Origin: an uncultured Verrucomicrobiae bacterium
GTDB lineage: Bacteria > Verrucomicrobiota > Verrucomicrobiia > Limisphaerales > UBA11358
Reading direction: 5' to 3'
Assembly: GCA_963806905.1 (NCBI GenBank)
Contig: CAWEAA010000006.1
Location: 13,640-77,639 of the forward strand
Length of the DNA stretch: 64,000 bases
Positions 1-8,442 of the stretch are shown here, one piece after another. The notes under the pieces were generated by a model that did not search any database, was not told the DNA's origin, and saw nothing but the letters and a program-made list of their open reading frames with translations. A program made the position numbers and the translations under genes. Every line of letters begins with the position of its first letter. The first letter of the stretch is position 1.

Positions 1-63
1 GGCATTCATAAGTTTTGTCGAGCCTCACCAAGGCTACGCCTGTTCCGGGAAATAGTAAAGCGG

Positions 64-92
64 CAAAAAAGGCCGCGATTGGCGCGGCCTTT
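64..92 (-). terminator. Rho-independent terminator after pal
   Basis: Minus strand reads AAGGCCGCG-CCAAT-CGCGGCCTT followed by a T run. It lies 35 nt downstream of the pal stop. Confidence 0.75.
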
Positions 93-126
93 GAAGTCTT
101 TTGGCACGAGCGCGCGTTGTTAAAAT

Positions 127-726
127 TTACGACCCGGCCTTGGGATGCAGAAGCACGAAATCGTCCCGGCGGTTTTTGGCCCAGGCGGATTCGTCATGGC
201 CCGGATCCGCCGGCTTGTCCTTGCCGAAACTCCGGGTCTCGACCCGCATCGGGTCAACGCCCAGTTTGGCCAGCGCTTCGCGCGCCGCCAGCGCACGGCG
301 TTCGCCGAGCGACCGGTTGTATTCCTCGGTGCCGCGCTCGTCGCAATTGCCCTCGATGAGCAGCTTGGCGCTCGGATCGGAACTCAATGCCTGGGCCACC
401 GCAGCCAGGTTCGCCTTTTCGCTGTTCCGGATTACGGAGCTGTCGTAAGCGAAATGAATCGTGTCCGCCGCCAGCGCCGCGCGGTCGGCTACCATGTTAT
501 CAAACTCTTCCGGCGGGGGCAGTGCCATCGGATTGCTATTTGGGTTTTCATTCGGATTAATCGGCTGAGTGTTTGGCAAAGTGGGGCCGGGTCCCGGCTC
601 GCCAACTTGGGGGGCTGGCCCTGGCAGTTGCGTGACGCCAACCGGCTTATGTGAGTGGCAACCCGTCGTGGCGAGAGTGGCGGCCAGCGCGAGCACCAGT
701 GGAAAAATCAGTTTTGTCGTTTTCAT
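127..726 (-). CDS. pal: Peptidoglycan-associated lipoprotein (OmpA family)
   Basis: 199 aa. Signal peptide with lipobox LATTGC, Pro/Asn-rich linker, C-terminal OmpA-like domain (NCDERGTEEYNRSLGERRA). Last gene of the tolQ-R-A-B-pal order. Confidence 0.9.
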   Translation of the reverse strand: MKTTKLIFPLVLALAATLATTGCHSHKPVGVTQLPGPAPQVGEPGPGPTLPNTQPINPNENPNSNPMALPPPEEFDNMVADRAALAADTIHFAYDSSVIRNSEKANLAAVAQALSSDPSAKLLIEGNCDERGTEEYNRSLGERRALAAREALAKLGVDPMRVETRSFGKDKPADPGHDESAWAKNRRDDFVLLHPKAGS

Positions 727-775
727 ATTTTAGCTTTGGTTAAATTTCAGTTAAAAGTTCGTAAAAAATTCAAAA

Positions 776-1957
776 TCATCTTGCCCAAGCGGGTTGGGAA
801 TCACTTCCCGAAACTCGGGCGATATCTTTGACTTGTTTCGTCGGGGCGTCAAGCAAAGACAACACATACCGGTAGGAAGTGGTGCGCCGCGCATAAATCA
901 GTGTCCGGGAGTTCGGCGCCCATGACGGATCTTCGCCCGGCACCAGGACCGTGACCGTGCCACCGCCCGCCGGCACGATACAAATGTCAAACTCACTACC
1001 CTGTCGCGTAAAGGCGATCCACTTGCCGTCCGGCGACCAGTCTGGCTCGGTCGGGTTCGAGACGCCCGCGGTCGAAATACGCTGCACCGACCCGCCGCCG
1101 GCCGGCACCTTCGCCAGCACCCGGCGCTCATTTATCTTGGTCGCGAAACAAATCCACTGACCGTCCGGCGACCAGCATGGCGATGAATCTTCGCTCGTGG
1201 TCGTTAATTTTTTCAGGCCCATGCCGTCGGCGTTGCAGACATAAACGTTCGGGCTGCCGCCTTTGCTCAGGATCATCGCCACCTTCGTGCCGTCCGGCGA
1301 AACGGCGGCGGCCGTGTTCAAACCGGAATAGCGCGCGATGGCGCGGCGCTGACCGGTGGTAAGGTCGTGATAAAAGATGTCCGGGTTGCCGAGCTTGTAG
1401 GAGGTGTAACACAGCGCGAGCCGGCCGGGCACCCACGCGGGCGCGGCCACGATGTCGCCGTCATGGGTGACGGCCTGCGGATTGTGGCCGTCGAAATCGG
1501 CAACGTAAATTTCGCCGACGCCGTCAGGTGCTTCGTCCTTGAACGCGATTTTCGTCAGCGCGATGCCTTTTTTGCCAGTGACGGCCAGCACGATGTCGTC
1601 GGCGAACGCGTGCGCCTCCCGCCGCAACGACGCGCCGGTGTAGCTGCGCGCGAGCAGCGAACTTTTGGCAAAGCGATCCGTCACCCGGCCCTGCACGTTG
1701 CCGGCGTTGCTGCCGCTGATGAGATATTGCGCGGCGTCGGGACTGACAAAGCTGAACCCTTGCACGTAAAGGTCGAATTTCAAAACATCCAAAGTTTCGC
1801 CGGTGAACCCTTCCAGTGAAACCGGAATTGGTTTCGTCATCCCCATGACGGTGATGTTTTGTTCGATGGTGATTTCGTTCTGGCCGCGCGCAATCACGGC
1901 GGCAAAAAGGAAAACCGGCAGGCAAATTTTAATCAGTTGAAGACAATTCTTTTTCAT
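776..1957 (-). CDS. tolB: TolB-like periplasmic beta-propeller protein
   Basis: 393 aa. Signal peptide and repeated blade motifs (SPDGTKVA, WSPDGQWI, WSPDGKWIAF). The ATG overlaps the upstream stop (ATGA at 1954-1957). Confidence 0.88.
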   Translation of the reverse strand: MKKNCLQLIKICLPVFLFAAVIARGQNEITIEQNITVMGMTKPIPVSLEGFTGETLDVLKFDLYVQGFSFVSPDAAQYLISGSNAGNVQGRVTDRFAKSSLLARSYTGASLRREAHAFADDIVLAVTGKKGIALTKIAFKDEAPDGVGEIYVADFDGHNPQAVTHDGDIVAAPAWVPGRLALCYTSYKLGNPDIFYHDLTTGQRRAIARYSGLNTAAAVSPDGTKVAMILSKGGSPNVYVCNADGMGLKKLTTTSEDSSPCWSPDGQWICFATKINERRVLAKVPAGGGSVQRISTAGVSNPTEPDWSPDGKWIAFTRQGSEFDICIVPAGGGTVTVLVPGEDPSWAPNSRTLIYARRTTSYRYVLSLLDAPTKQVKDIARVSGSDSQPAWAR

Positions 1958-2769
1958 CCCAGCGATCGTTTGGCTTTGAGGTTGAAGTTGATGGTGTAAG
2001 TCCGTTCCGGCTCCGTTGTACCTTCCGGGAACGGCGCGATGAAGGTAACGCGGTCCAGGGTGCGTTGCACGGAGGCATCCACCCCCGCGTCGCCCGACGG
2101 CGTAAGGATGCGGGCGGAATTCACCGTGCCGTCACGGGCGATGGTGACGGTGACCTTGACATTGGCATCGTCGTTTTGGGCGTCGTCCGGCGGCACCCAC
2201 GCCTGTTCATAAACGCTCTTTACCACGGAGGCGTAATTGGCGTAAGCCACGCTGCTGTTGCCCGGCATGTCAATGGTCGTGGTGGAAGTAAGGTTGTTTC
2301 TCAAACTCCGAACGGCGTTTTGGAACGCCTGCTGCCGTAACCGTTGTTGCCGGCGCGAATCATCCGTCGGATTCGTGGTCAGATTTTTCAACGCAGTGCG
2401 CGTGACCAATTGTGTGCTGATTTGAATTTTCGGTTTTTCCGCCGGCTTCGGCTCCGGGGTCAGCGCCTTGACGACCTGCTTGATAATGGGTTCCGGTGTC
2501 TCCACTTTGGGCGGCGCGGGCGGCGTGACGACGGGCTGCGGCGCGGGCGGTTGCGGTGCCGGTTGAACCGCCGGCGGGGGCGGCTGGGCGTTGCGCACAC
2601 CGCTGTTGAACGCCGCGTCAATCAAGTTGGCCGGGATGACATCCAGAATCTGCAGGTCGTCGGCCTTGGGTTTCGGCGCGAAGAAGCCGGGCCCGACGAT
2701 CAAAATCACGAGCAGCAGCAGGTGAAAGCCTGCTGTCGCGATTGCGCATTTTTTTTGCAGTCGGTTCAT
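1954..2769 (-). CDS. TonB/TolA-family energy transducer
   Basis: ORF is open to 2820, but the ATG at 2769 overlaps the tolR stop (ATGA) and gives MNRLQKK. One N-terminal TM helix, a Pro-rich spacer (PPPPAVQPAPQPPAPQPVVTPPAPP) and a TonB-C-like end. Confidence 0.75.
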   Translation of the reverse strand: MNRLQKKCAIATAGFHLLLLVILIVGPGFFAPKPKADDLQILDVIPANLIDAAFNSGVRNAQPPPPAVQPAPQPPAPQPVVTPPAPPKVETPEPIIKQVVKALTPEPKPAEKPKIQISTQLVTRTALKNLTTNPTDDSRRQQRLRQQAFQNAVRSLRNNLTSTTTIDMPGNSSVAYANYASVVKSVYEQAWVPPDDAQNDDANVKVTVTIARDGTVNSARILTPSGDAGVDASVQRTLDRVTFIAPFPEGTTEPERTYTINFNLKAKRSLG

Positions 2770-3179
2770 TTGGCGGGTTCGGTGCGGAGCGAATAGCGCG
2801 TGATGCCGTAACGCTGGCAACCGTCAAGCAGCAATGCGACGTTTTTGTAGGTCCCATCTTCGTCTGCACGAATGGCAACGATGAGGTTTGGGTTGGAGCG
2901 TGATTCCGCCGCCAGCCGCGTGATCAATTCGCTGAATGGCATCCGCTGCTTGTCGAGCGCATAGACGCCCGTGTTGCTGATTTCGACGGTGCGGATGTCG
3001 CGTTTGTTCACCGATTTGTCCGGCTGGCCGCCGCGCGGGAGCTTGAGGTTGATGCTCTGCTCCAGCAGCGGCGTGGTGATGACGAAGATGATGAGCAGCA
3101 CGAACGCAAGGTCGAGCAGCGGCGTGATGTTGATTTCGCTCAACGTCACGAGATAACTGCGTTGTGAAAATCGTCTCAT
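2766..3179 (-). CDS. tolR: ExbD/TolR biopolymer transport protein
   Basis: 137 aa. The N-terminal INITPLLDLAFVLLIIF motif is typical of ExbD/TolR. Directly follows tolQ. Confidence 0.85.
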   Translation of the reverse strand: MRRFSQRSYLVTLSEINITPLLDLAFVLLIIFVITTPLLEQSINLKLPRGGQPDKSVNKRDIRTVEISNTGVYALDKQRMPFSELITRLAAESRSNPNLIVAIRADEDGTYKNVALLLDGCQRYGITRYSLRTEPAK

Positions 3180-3188
3180 GGCTGCAAA

Positions 3189-3923
3189 TCATTCCTCTTC
3201 CAGATACTCCGCCTCCATTTTGGAAACCAGTTCCTGCGCGAAGTTGTCGAGGCCGACGGTGAACACGCGCAGATTGTGCACGAGCCAGTTGTAACCGAAC
3301 ATCGAGGGAATCGCCACCAGCAGGCCCGCGACGGTGGTGATGAGCGCCGCCGCCACGCCGGGCGCCATCGCGGCGAGCGTGGCCGCGCCCTGCGGCGCCT
3401 GCGCAATGCCGCCGAACGCGCTCATCACGCCCCAAACCGTGCCGAGCAGACCGAGGAACGGCGCGCCGCTCACGGCAATGGCCAGCCAGATCAAACCTGA
3501 TTCCAGTTTCAACGATTCCTGCGCGACGACGTTTTCGATGGCGCGTTTGACGTGTTCCATGTTCTTGAGCGTGACGCGTTGCTTGCGCCGGTCGCCGCCG
3601 GGACCGCGCAGCCGCGCGTCCAGTTGCGAGCAGCCCGCCTGATAAACCATGAACAGCGGGCAGCCTTCGACCTGCAGGCTGCGGTCGAAAATTTCCAGCA
3701 CGGATTTCTGGGCGCGAAACTCCGTGGAAAAATACAGGTTCAGCTTCCGGGCGCGGCGCATTTGCATGGCCTTGGACGTCATCACCGACCACGCGATGAT
3801 GGAAAAAACGAAGAGACAGGCGATGACGGCCTTGCCTTCGGGCGTCGCCTGTTTCCAAACGTAGATGAGTTCCGCCTGATTCGAAGCGGCCCCCACGACG
3901 ATAAACGAAAATCCGCTCATCAT
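3189..3923 (-). CDS. tolQ: MotA/TolQ/ExbB proton channel protein
   Basis: 244 aa, three TM segments, conserved C-terminal region (GLLGTVWGVMSAF..AMAPGVAAALITTVAGL). Confidence 0.85.
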   Translation of the reverse strand: MMSGFSFIVVGAASNQAELIYVWKQATPEGKAVIACLFVFSIIAWSVMTSKAMQMRRARKLNLYFSTEFRAQKSVLEIFDRSLQVEGCPLFMVYQAGCSQLDARLRGPGGDRRKQRVTLKNMEHVKRAIENVVAQESLKLESGLIWLAIAVSGAPFLGLLGTVWGVMSAFGGIAQAPQGAATLAAMAPGVAAALITTVAGLLVAIPSMFGYNWLVHNLRVFTVGLDNFAQELVSKMEAEYLEEE

Positions 3924-4094
3924 AACGACTGGTAACTTGGTCGTGAGGAACCGATGTAGCGGCCAAGCGGCAGGCGGTCGAGCCTCTACCTGCCGGACAA
4001 ATTATTAATCGCCGCGCGGGGAATGCCAAGCCTTTTTGCGGGAAAAAATTCTCTGCGCTTGCCGGGCGGGCAAAATGGCTTAAAAAGAACGCCG

Positions 4095-6251
4095 ATGTCC
4101 CGCCTGCGTGGCCGAAGCCAGAACCGCGAAAGCCAGGAAACCTGCCCGGCAGGCGCCGGTGCGGCTTTCCGACACAATCCCTTCCGCCGTCGCCAAGGCT
4201 ATGGCGGACAGGTCGGCGCGGCGAAGGCCCGCCCACGCCTTATCGGTTTGTTGCTCGCGCTGGTCACACTGCTGGTTTATCTGCCGGTGTGCCGCTGCAA
4301 CTTTCTGGTCTATGACGACGACGATTACGTCACCGGGAATCAGGTTGTCCAAAACGGCCTGACCTGGGCCGGCGTCGAATGGGCCTTCACGACTGCACAT
4401 GCGAGCAACTGGCATCCGCTCACCTGGCTTTCGCACATGCTGGATTGCGAATTGTTCGGGTTGAACCCCGGCGCGCAGCATCTGGTCAACGTCCTGTTCC
4501 ATGCAGCCAATGTGGTTTTACTTTTCGCGCTGCTGCGCCGACTGACGAATACGTTGTGGCCAGGCGCGTTCGTTGCCGCGCTGTTCGCATGGCATCCGCT
4601 GCACGTCGAATCCGTCGCCTGGATTTCGGAACGCAAGGACGTGTTGAGCACGTTCTTCGGGCTGCTGACCCTGCTGGCTTATGTGCGCTATGCACAACGT
4701 GTGACAGGTGACAAGTGGCAAGTGACAAGAACCGGCGAACAAGACATGTCACGTGTCATGTGTCACGTGTCACCGTTTTATTGGCTGGCACTGATTTTCT
4801 TCGCGCTCGGTTTGATGTCCAAACCGATGCTCGTCACGCTGCCGTTTGTTATGTTGCTGCTCGACTTCTGGCCGCTCAAGAGAGTGACAGGTGACAAGTG
4901 GCAGGTGGCAGGGGTTCTGCGATTGGTCTTGGAGAAGTGGCCGTTCTTTCTGCTCACCCTCATTTCCTGCATTGTCACTTTTCTGGCGCAGCGACATGGA
5001 GATGCAGTGGTCTCGCTGGCAAAAGTTTCGTTGCGCTATCGCCTGGAAAACGCGCCGGTCGCCGCTGTGCGCTACCTGCTGAAAATGATCTGGCCGGCCG
5101 ATCTCGTCGTCATTTATCCGATGCCGGACAAGATTCCCGTGTTTGCCATCGCAGCCGCAGTTGCGGTTTTGATTTTCCCTTCCCTCGCTGTCTGGCTGGC
5201 ACGGCGGCGCTGGCCGTATTTGCTCGTCGGCTGGCTGTGGTTTTTGGGCACACTCGTGCCGGTCATCGGCCTGGTGCAGGTCGGCGGCGCGGCGCTGGCC
5301 GACCGTTACACTTACCTTCCTTCCATCGGCCTGTTCCTCGCTGTCGCGTTCGGCTTCCGCGAATTGGCAGCGCGCTTTCAATTTCCTCCCATTGCTGTGG
5401 TCGCTGCTGCGGTTTTAATTTTGGGCGGCTGCCTTTTGGCCACGGAGCATCAGTTGCGTTTTTGGCGCAACAGCGAAACGCTCTTTCGCCACGCGCTCGC
5501 CGTGACCCGGGACAACGACATCGCGCATGCCAATCTCGGCGTGGCACTGGAACAGGAGGGGAAACCGGATGAAGCGCTGGCCGAATACCGCGCCGCCGCG
5601 AAGCTCGCGCCAGGGCGCTACCAAACCCACAACAACCTCGGCAACCTGCTCGATAAAATCGGCCGGCCGGAGCAGGCGCTGGCCGAATATCACGAAGCCG
5701 TCCGGCTGAATCCGGAACTGCCGTCTTTGCACGACGGCCTCGGCAGCGTGCTCGCCGAACTCGGCCGGTTCAGCGAAGCCATGAATGAATTTACCAACGC
5801 GGCGCAACTCGACCGCACCTATCCCTGGCCGCATTTTGAAGCGGGCAAAACGCTGCTGAAACAAGGCCGCGATGCCGAAGCAATGGATCAGTTCCACGCG
5901 GCGCTGCGGATTGCCCCGGACAATTTTCAAATCCTTGCCTACACCGCCCATGTGCTGGCCGCCGCCGAAAATCCTGGAATTCGCGACGGGAAAACCGCGC
6001 TTGTGTTCGCGACCGAGGCCAACGCGCTGACCGGCGGCACGCAACCGTTCGTCCTCGACGCGCTGGGCATGGCCTTCGCGGAAACCGGCGATTTCACCAA
6101 CGCGCTGGACGTCACGCAAAAGGCCCTTGATCTCGCCATTACCGCCAAAATGAAAAACCTCGAAGGCATCCAACAACGGCTGCAACTCTACAAAAACCAC
6201 CAGCCGTGGCGGGAATCGTTCTTGTTTACCAACGCGCCGGCGAAAAATTAA
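4095..6251 (+). CDS. Polytopic GT-C/PMT-like membrane protein with C-terminal TPR repeats
   Basis: ORF opens at 4023 and the first ATG is at 4095, so the start is uncertain. YDDDDYV motif after TM1, about 10 TM segments, then multiple TPR units (AEYRAAAKLAPGRYQTHNNLGNLL, AEYHEAVRLNPELP ...). Carries two in-frame repeat insertions. Confidence 0.7.
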   Translation: MSRLRGRSQNRESQETCPAGAGAAFRHNPFRRRQGYGGQVGAAKARPRLIGLLLALVTLLVYLPVCRCNFLVYDDDDYVTGNQVVQNGLTWAGVEWAFTTAHASNWHPLTWLSHMLDCELFGLNPGAQHLVNVLFHAANVVLLFALLRRLTNTLWPGAFVAALFAWHPLHVESVAWISERKDVLSTFFGLLTLLAYVRYAQRVTGDKWQVTRTGEQDMSRVMCHVSPFYWLALIFFALGLMSKPMLVTLPFVMLLLDFWPLKRVTGDKWQVAGVLRLVLEKWPFFLLTLISCIVTFLAQRHGDAVVSLAKVSLRYRLENAPVAAVRYLLKMIWPADLVVIYPMPDKIPVFAIAAAVAVLIFPSLAVWLARRRWPYLLVGWLWFLGTLVPVIGLVQVGGAALADRYTYLPSIGLFLAVAFGFRELAARFQFPPIAVVAAAVLILGGCLLATEHQLRFWRNSETLFRHALAVTRDNDIAHANLGVALEQEGKPDEALAEYRAAAKLAPGRYQTHNNLGNLLDKIGRPEQALAEYHEAVRLNPELPSLHDGLGSVLAELGRFSEAMNEFTNAAQLDRTYPWPHFEAGKTLLKQGRDAEAMDQFHAALRIAPDNFQILAYTAHVLAAAENPGIRDGKTALVFATEANALTGGTQPFVLDALGMAFAETGDFTNALDVTQKALDLAITAKMKNLEGIQQRLQLYKNHQPWRESFLFTNAPAKN
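4701..4773. repeat. In-frame imperfect inverted repeat (GTGACAGGTGACAAGTGGCA family) inside the PMT/TPR gene
   Basis: Left arm 4701-4727 is gtgacaggtgacaagtggcaagtgaca and right arm 4747-4773 is tgtcacgtgtcatgtgtcacgtgtcac (22/27 complementary by hand). Translated as VTGDKWQVTRTGEQDMSRVMCHV. Confidence 0.85.
4884..4910. repeat. Solo arm of the GTGACAGGTGACAAGTGGCA repeat, in frame
   Basis: gtgacaggtgacaagtggcaggtggca is near-identical to 4701-4727. It is again translated VTGDKWQV. No inverted partner follows. Confidence 0.85.
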
Positions 6252-6922
6252 ATTCGGAACAGCGCGCGGAGCGGCCGGCTCACCGCCGGATTTCGGAGAA
6301 CTTGCTCCACCGCAAAATTTCTACCCAGCCACGGCAGGGTGAAAATCTGCTTCGCGTCAAAGAATTCCGCCAGCAGTTTTGTGTTTGAAGCGGTGGCGGT
6401 GTCTGGTTTCCGCGGTGACATCAAAACAACGCGCGCCTTGCGCCGAAAACTTTTCGGCAGGGCTTCAAGGGTGAGCAATATTTGATTCACCGCGCCGAGC
6501 CGGTTCGGGCCGACGACAATCGGCGTCGCGGGCAAGACGGTGAGGAGGTCGCGCGAATCAAAATTTTCACCAAGCGGACTCAGCACACCGCCGGCGCCTT
6601 CGATGAGCAAAACGTCAAAGCGTTTTTGTATCGCGTGAACGTGCGTGAGCACCTCGGCGAGTTTGACGCGCCTTCTTTCGCGGCGCGCGGCAAGCAACGG
6701 AGCGATGGGCGCGCGGAAATGCCACGGATTGATTTCGTCAAGGGCAAGCGCGCCAGCCGACGCGACGCGCAGTATGCGGGCGTCGTCGCGACCGCCGGAG
6801 CAAACCGGTTTGAGCGCAGCCACGTTGGCGCCGCGCTTGCGTAAAAACCGCGCCAGCAGTGCGGTCAGCACCGTTTTGCCGGCGCTGGTGTCCGTGCCGG
6901 TGATGAAAAACATTTGCTTCAT
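6248..6922 (-). CDS. bioD: Dethiobiotin synthetase
   Basis: 224 aa with the N-terminal P-loop FITGTDTSAGKTV typical of BioD. The 3' end overlaps the convergent TPR gene by 4 nt. Confidence 0.85.
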   Translation of the reverse strand: MKQMFFITGTDTSAGKTVLTALLARFLRKRGANVAALKPVCSGGRDDARILRVASAGALALDEINPWHFRAPIAPLLAARRERRRVKLAEVLTHVHAIQKRFDVLLIEGAGGVLSPLGENFDSRDLLTVLPATPIVVGPNRLGAVNQILLTLEALPKSFRRKARVVLMSPRKPDTATASNTKLLAEFFDAKQIFTLPWLGRNFAVEQVLRNPAVSRPLRALFRI

Positions 6923-7027
6923 TCGGCAACATCAAAGCGGAAACCCCACCGGCAAGCCATCAAAACCGTTGACGGAATTGGCTCGATTCACGTAAGCTGC
7001 GCGGCTCGCTGACCAGCGGGAATTATT

Positions 7028-8365
7028 GTGAATGTCACCGTTGAAAATCTGGCCCCGTGCAAAAAACTCGTGCGGGTGGAAGTGGACGCCAAGGCCGTGG
7101 ACGAGGCCTTTGCCGCCGTCACGAAGGATTTCCAGAAACAGGCCTCGCTGCCCGGGTTCCGTCCGGGCAAGGCGCCGCGCGAGCTGGTCGCCAAAAAATA
7201 CGAGGCCGACATCAAGGCCGAAGCCAAGCGCAAACTCATCAGCGATGCGTATCGCAAGGCGGTGGACGAAAAGAAAATCGCCGTGGTCGGCTACCCGGAT
7301 ATCGAGGAAATTCAGTTTGGCCGCGGTCAGGCGCTGCAATTCGCTGCGACCATCGAGACCGCGCCGGAATTTCAAATACCCGATTACAAAGGGCTGCGGG
7401 TCAAACGCGAGGCCAAGTCCGTCGCCGAGGCCGACGTGGAGCGCGCGGTGGAACTGCTCCGGCGGCAGCACACGAAGTTCGAGACGGTCGCGCGCGAGGC
7501 GCATCCGGGCGACATCGCGGTGGTGAATTACACCGGCACGTGCGACGGCAAGCCCATCACCGACACCGCGCCGACGGCGAAGGGGCTGACGGAGCAGAAA
7601 AATTTCTGGGTGGACATCGGGCCGGAGGCGTTCCTGCCCGGTTTTGCCGAGCAACTTACCGGCGCCAGGGCGGGCGACCGGCGTGCGGTCAACGTGGATT
7701 TCCCCGCCGATTTCGTGACGAAGGAACTCGCGGGCAAAAAGGGCGTTTTTGAAATTGAAGTCGTTGAGATAAAGGAAAAAATTTTGCCGCCGGTGGACGA
7801 CGCGCTCGCCAGGCTTTACGGCGCGGAAAACCTGGAGAAGCTCCGCGCCGGCGTGCGGCGGGACCTGGAGAACGAATTGAATTATTCTCAGGCCAGGTCC
7901 ATCCGCACACAGGTCATCCGCGGGCTGCTCGATCGCGTGAATTTTGATCTGCCCGAATCCGCGGTCGCGCAGGAGACGCGCAACGCGGTCTATGACATCG
8001 TGCGTCAAAACACCAAGCGCGGTGCCACCCGCGAGATGATTGAGCAGCAAAAGGAGCAAATCTACTCGGCGGCCACCTACAACGCGAAGGAACGCGTGAA
8101 GCTGTCGTTTTTGATCCAGCGCATTGCGGACAAGGAAGAACTCAAGGTGTCAGAGGAAGAAATTTTGAAACGCGCGCAGTCGCTGGCGGCGTTGTACCAG
8201 ATTCCGCTCGAAAAATTCCTGAAGGATTTGCAGAAGCGCAACGGCGTGCCCGAGCTTTACGAGCAAATCCTGCACGAAAAGGCGCTTGACCTGCTGGAAA
8301 AGAGCGCGGTCATCGAGGATGTCCCGGCATCCGGGTCGCCGGCTCCGGGCGCAAATCCGAGCTGA
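7028..8365 (+). CDS. tig: Trigger factor
   Basis: 445 aa with a GTG start. N-terminal ribosome-binding domain with the GFRPGKAP signature, plus central PPIase-like and C-terminal arm regions. Confidence 0.9.
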   Translation: MNVTVENLAPCKKLVRVEVDAKAVDEAFAAVTKDFQKQASLPGFRPGKAPRELVAKKYEADIKAEAKRKLISDAYRKAVDEKKIAVVGYPDIEEIQFGRGQALQFAATIETAPEFQIPDYKGLRVKREAKSVAEADVERAVELLRRQHTKFETVAREAHPGDIAVVNYTGTCDGKPITDTAPTAKGLTEQKNFWVDIGPEAFLPGFAEQLTGARAGDRRAVNVDFPADFVTKELAGKKGVFEIEVVEIKEKILPPVDDALARLYGAENLEKLRAGVRRDLENELNYSQARSIRTQVIRGLLDRVNFDLPESAVAQETRNAVYDIVRQNTKRGATREMIEQQKEQIYSAATYNAKERVKLSFLIQRIADKEELKVSEEEILKRAQSLAALYQIPLEKFLKDLQKRNGVPELYEQILHEKALDLLEKSAVIEDVPASGSPAPGANPS

Positions 8366-8442
8366 GTCGGAATTAACCAGACGGTTACCTCCGGGCGCGC
8401 CGGCGCGTCTTAGGTTTGACGAATCGCGGCGAAAGCCGCAAC

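Noticed and set aside
2824-4236. 470-aa ORF overlapping tolR and tolQ in another frame
   Set aside because: It is Arg/Gly/Pro/Ala-rich with no motifs. The tolQ and tolR frames have clear family signatures and ATGA-type coupling, so this is an out-of-frame artefact.
6932-8059. 375-aa ORF antisense to the trigger factor gene
   Set aside because: It fully overlaps tig, which has a strong family match. Its Arg/Gly/Leu/His-rich composition and lack of motifs are typical of shadow ORFs in high-GC DNA.
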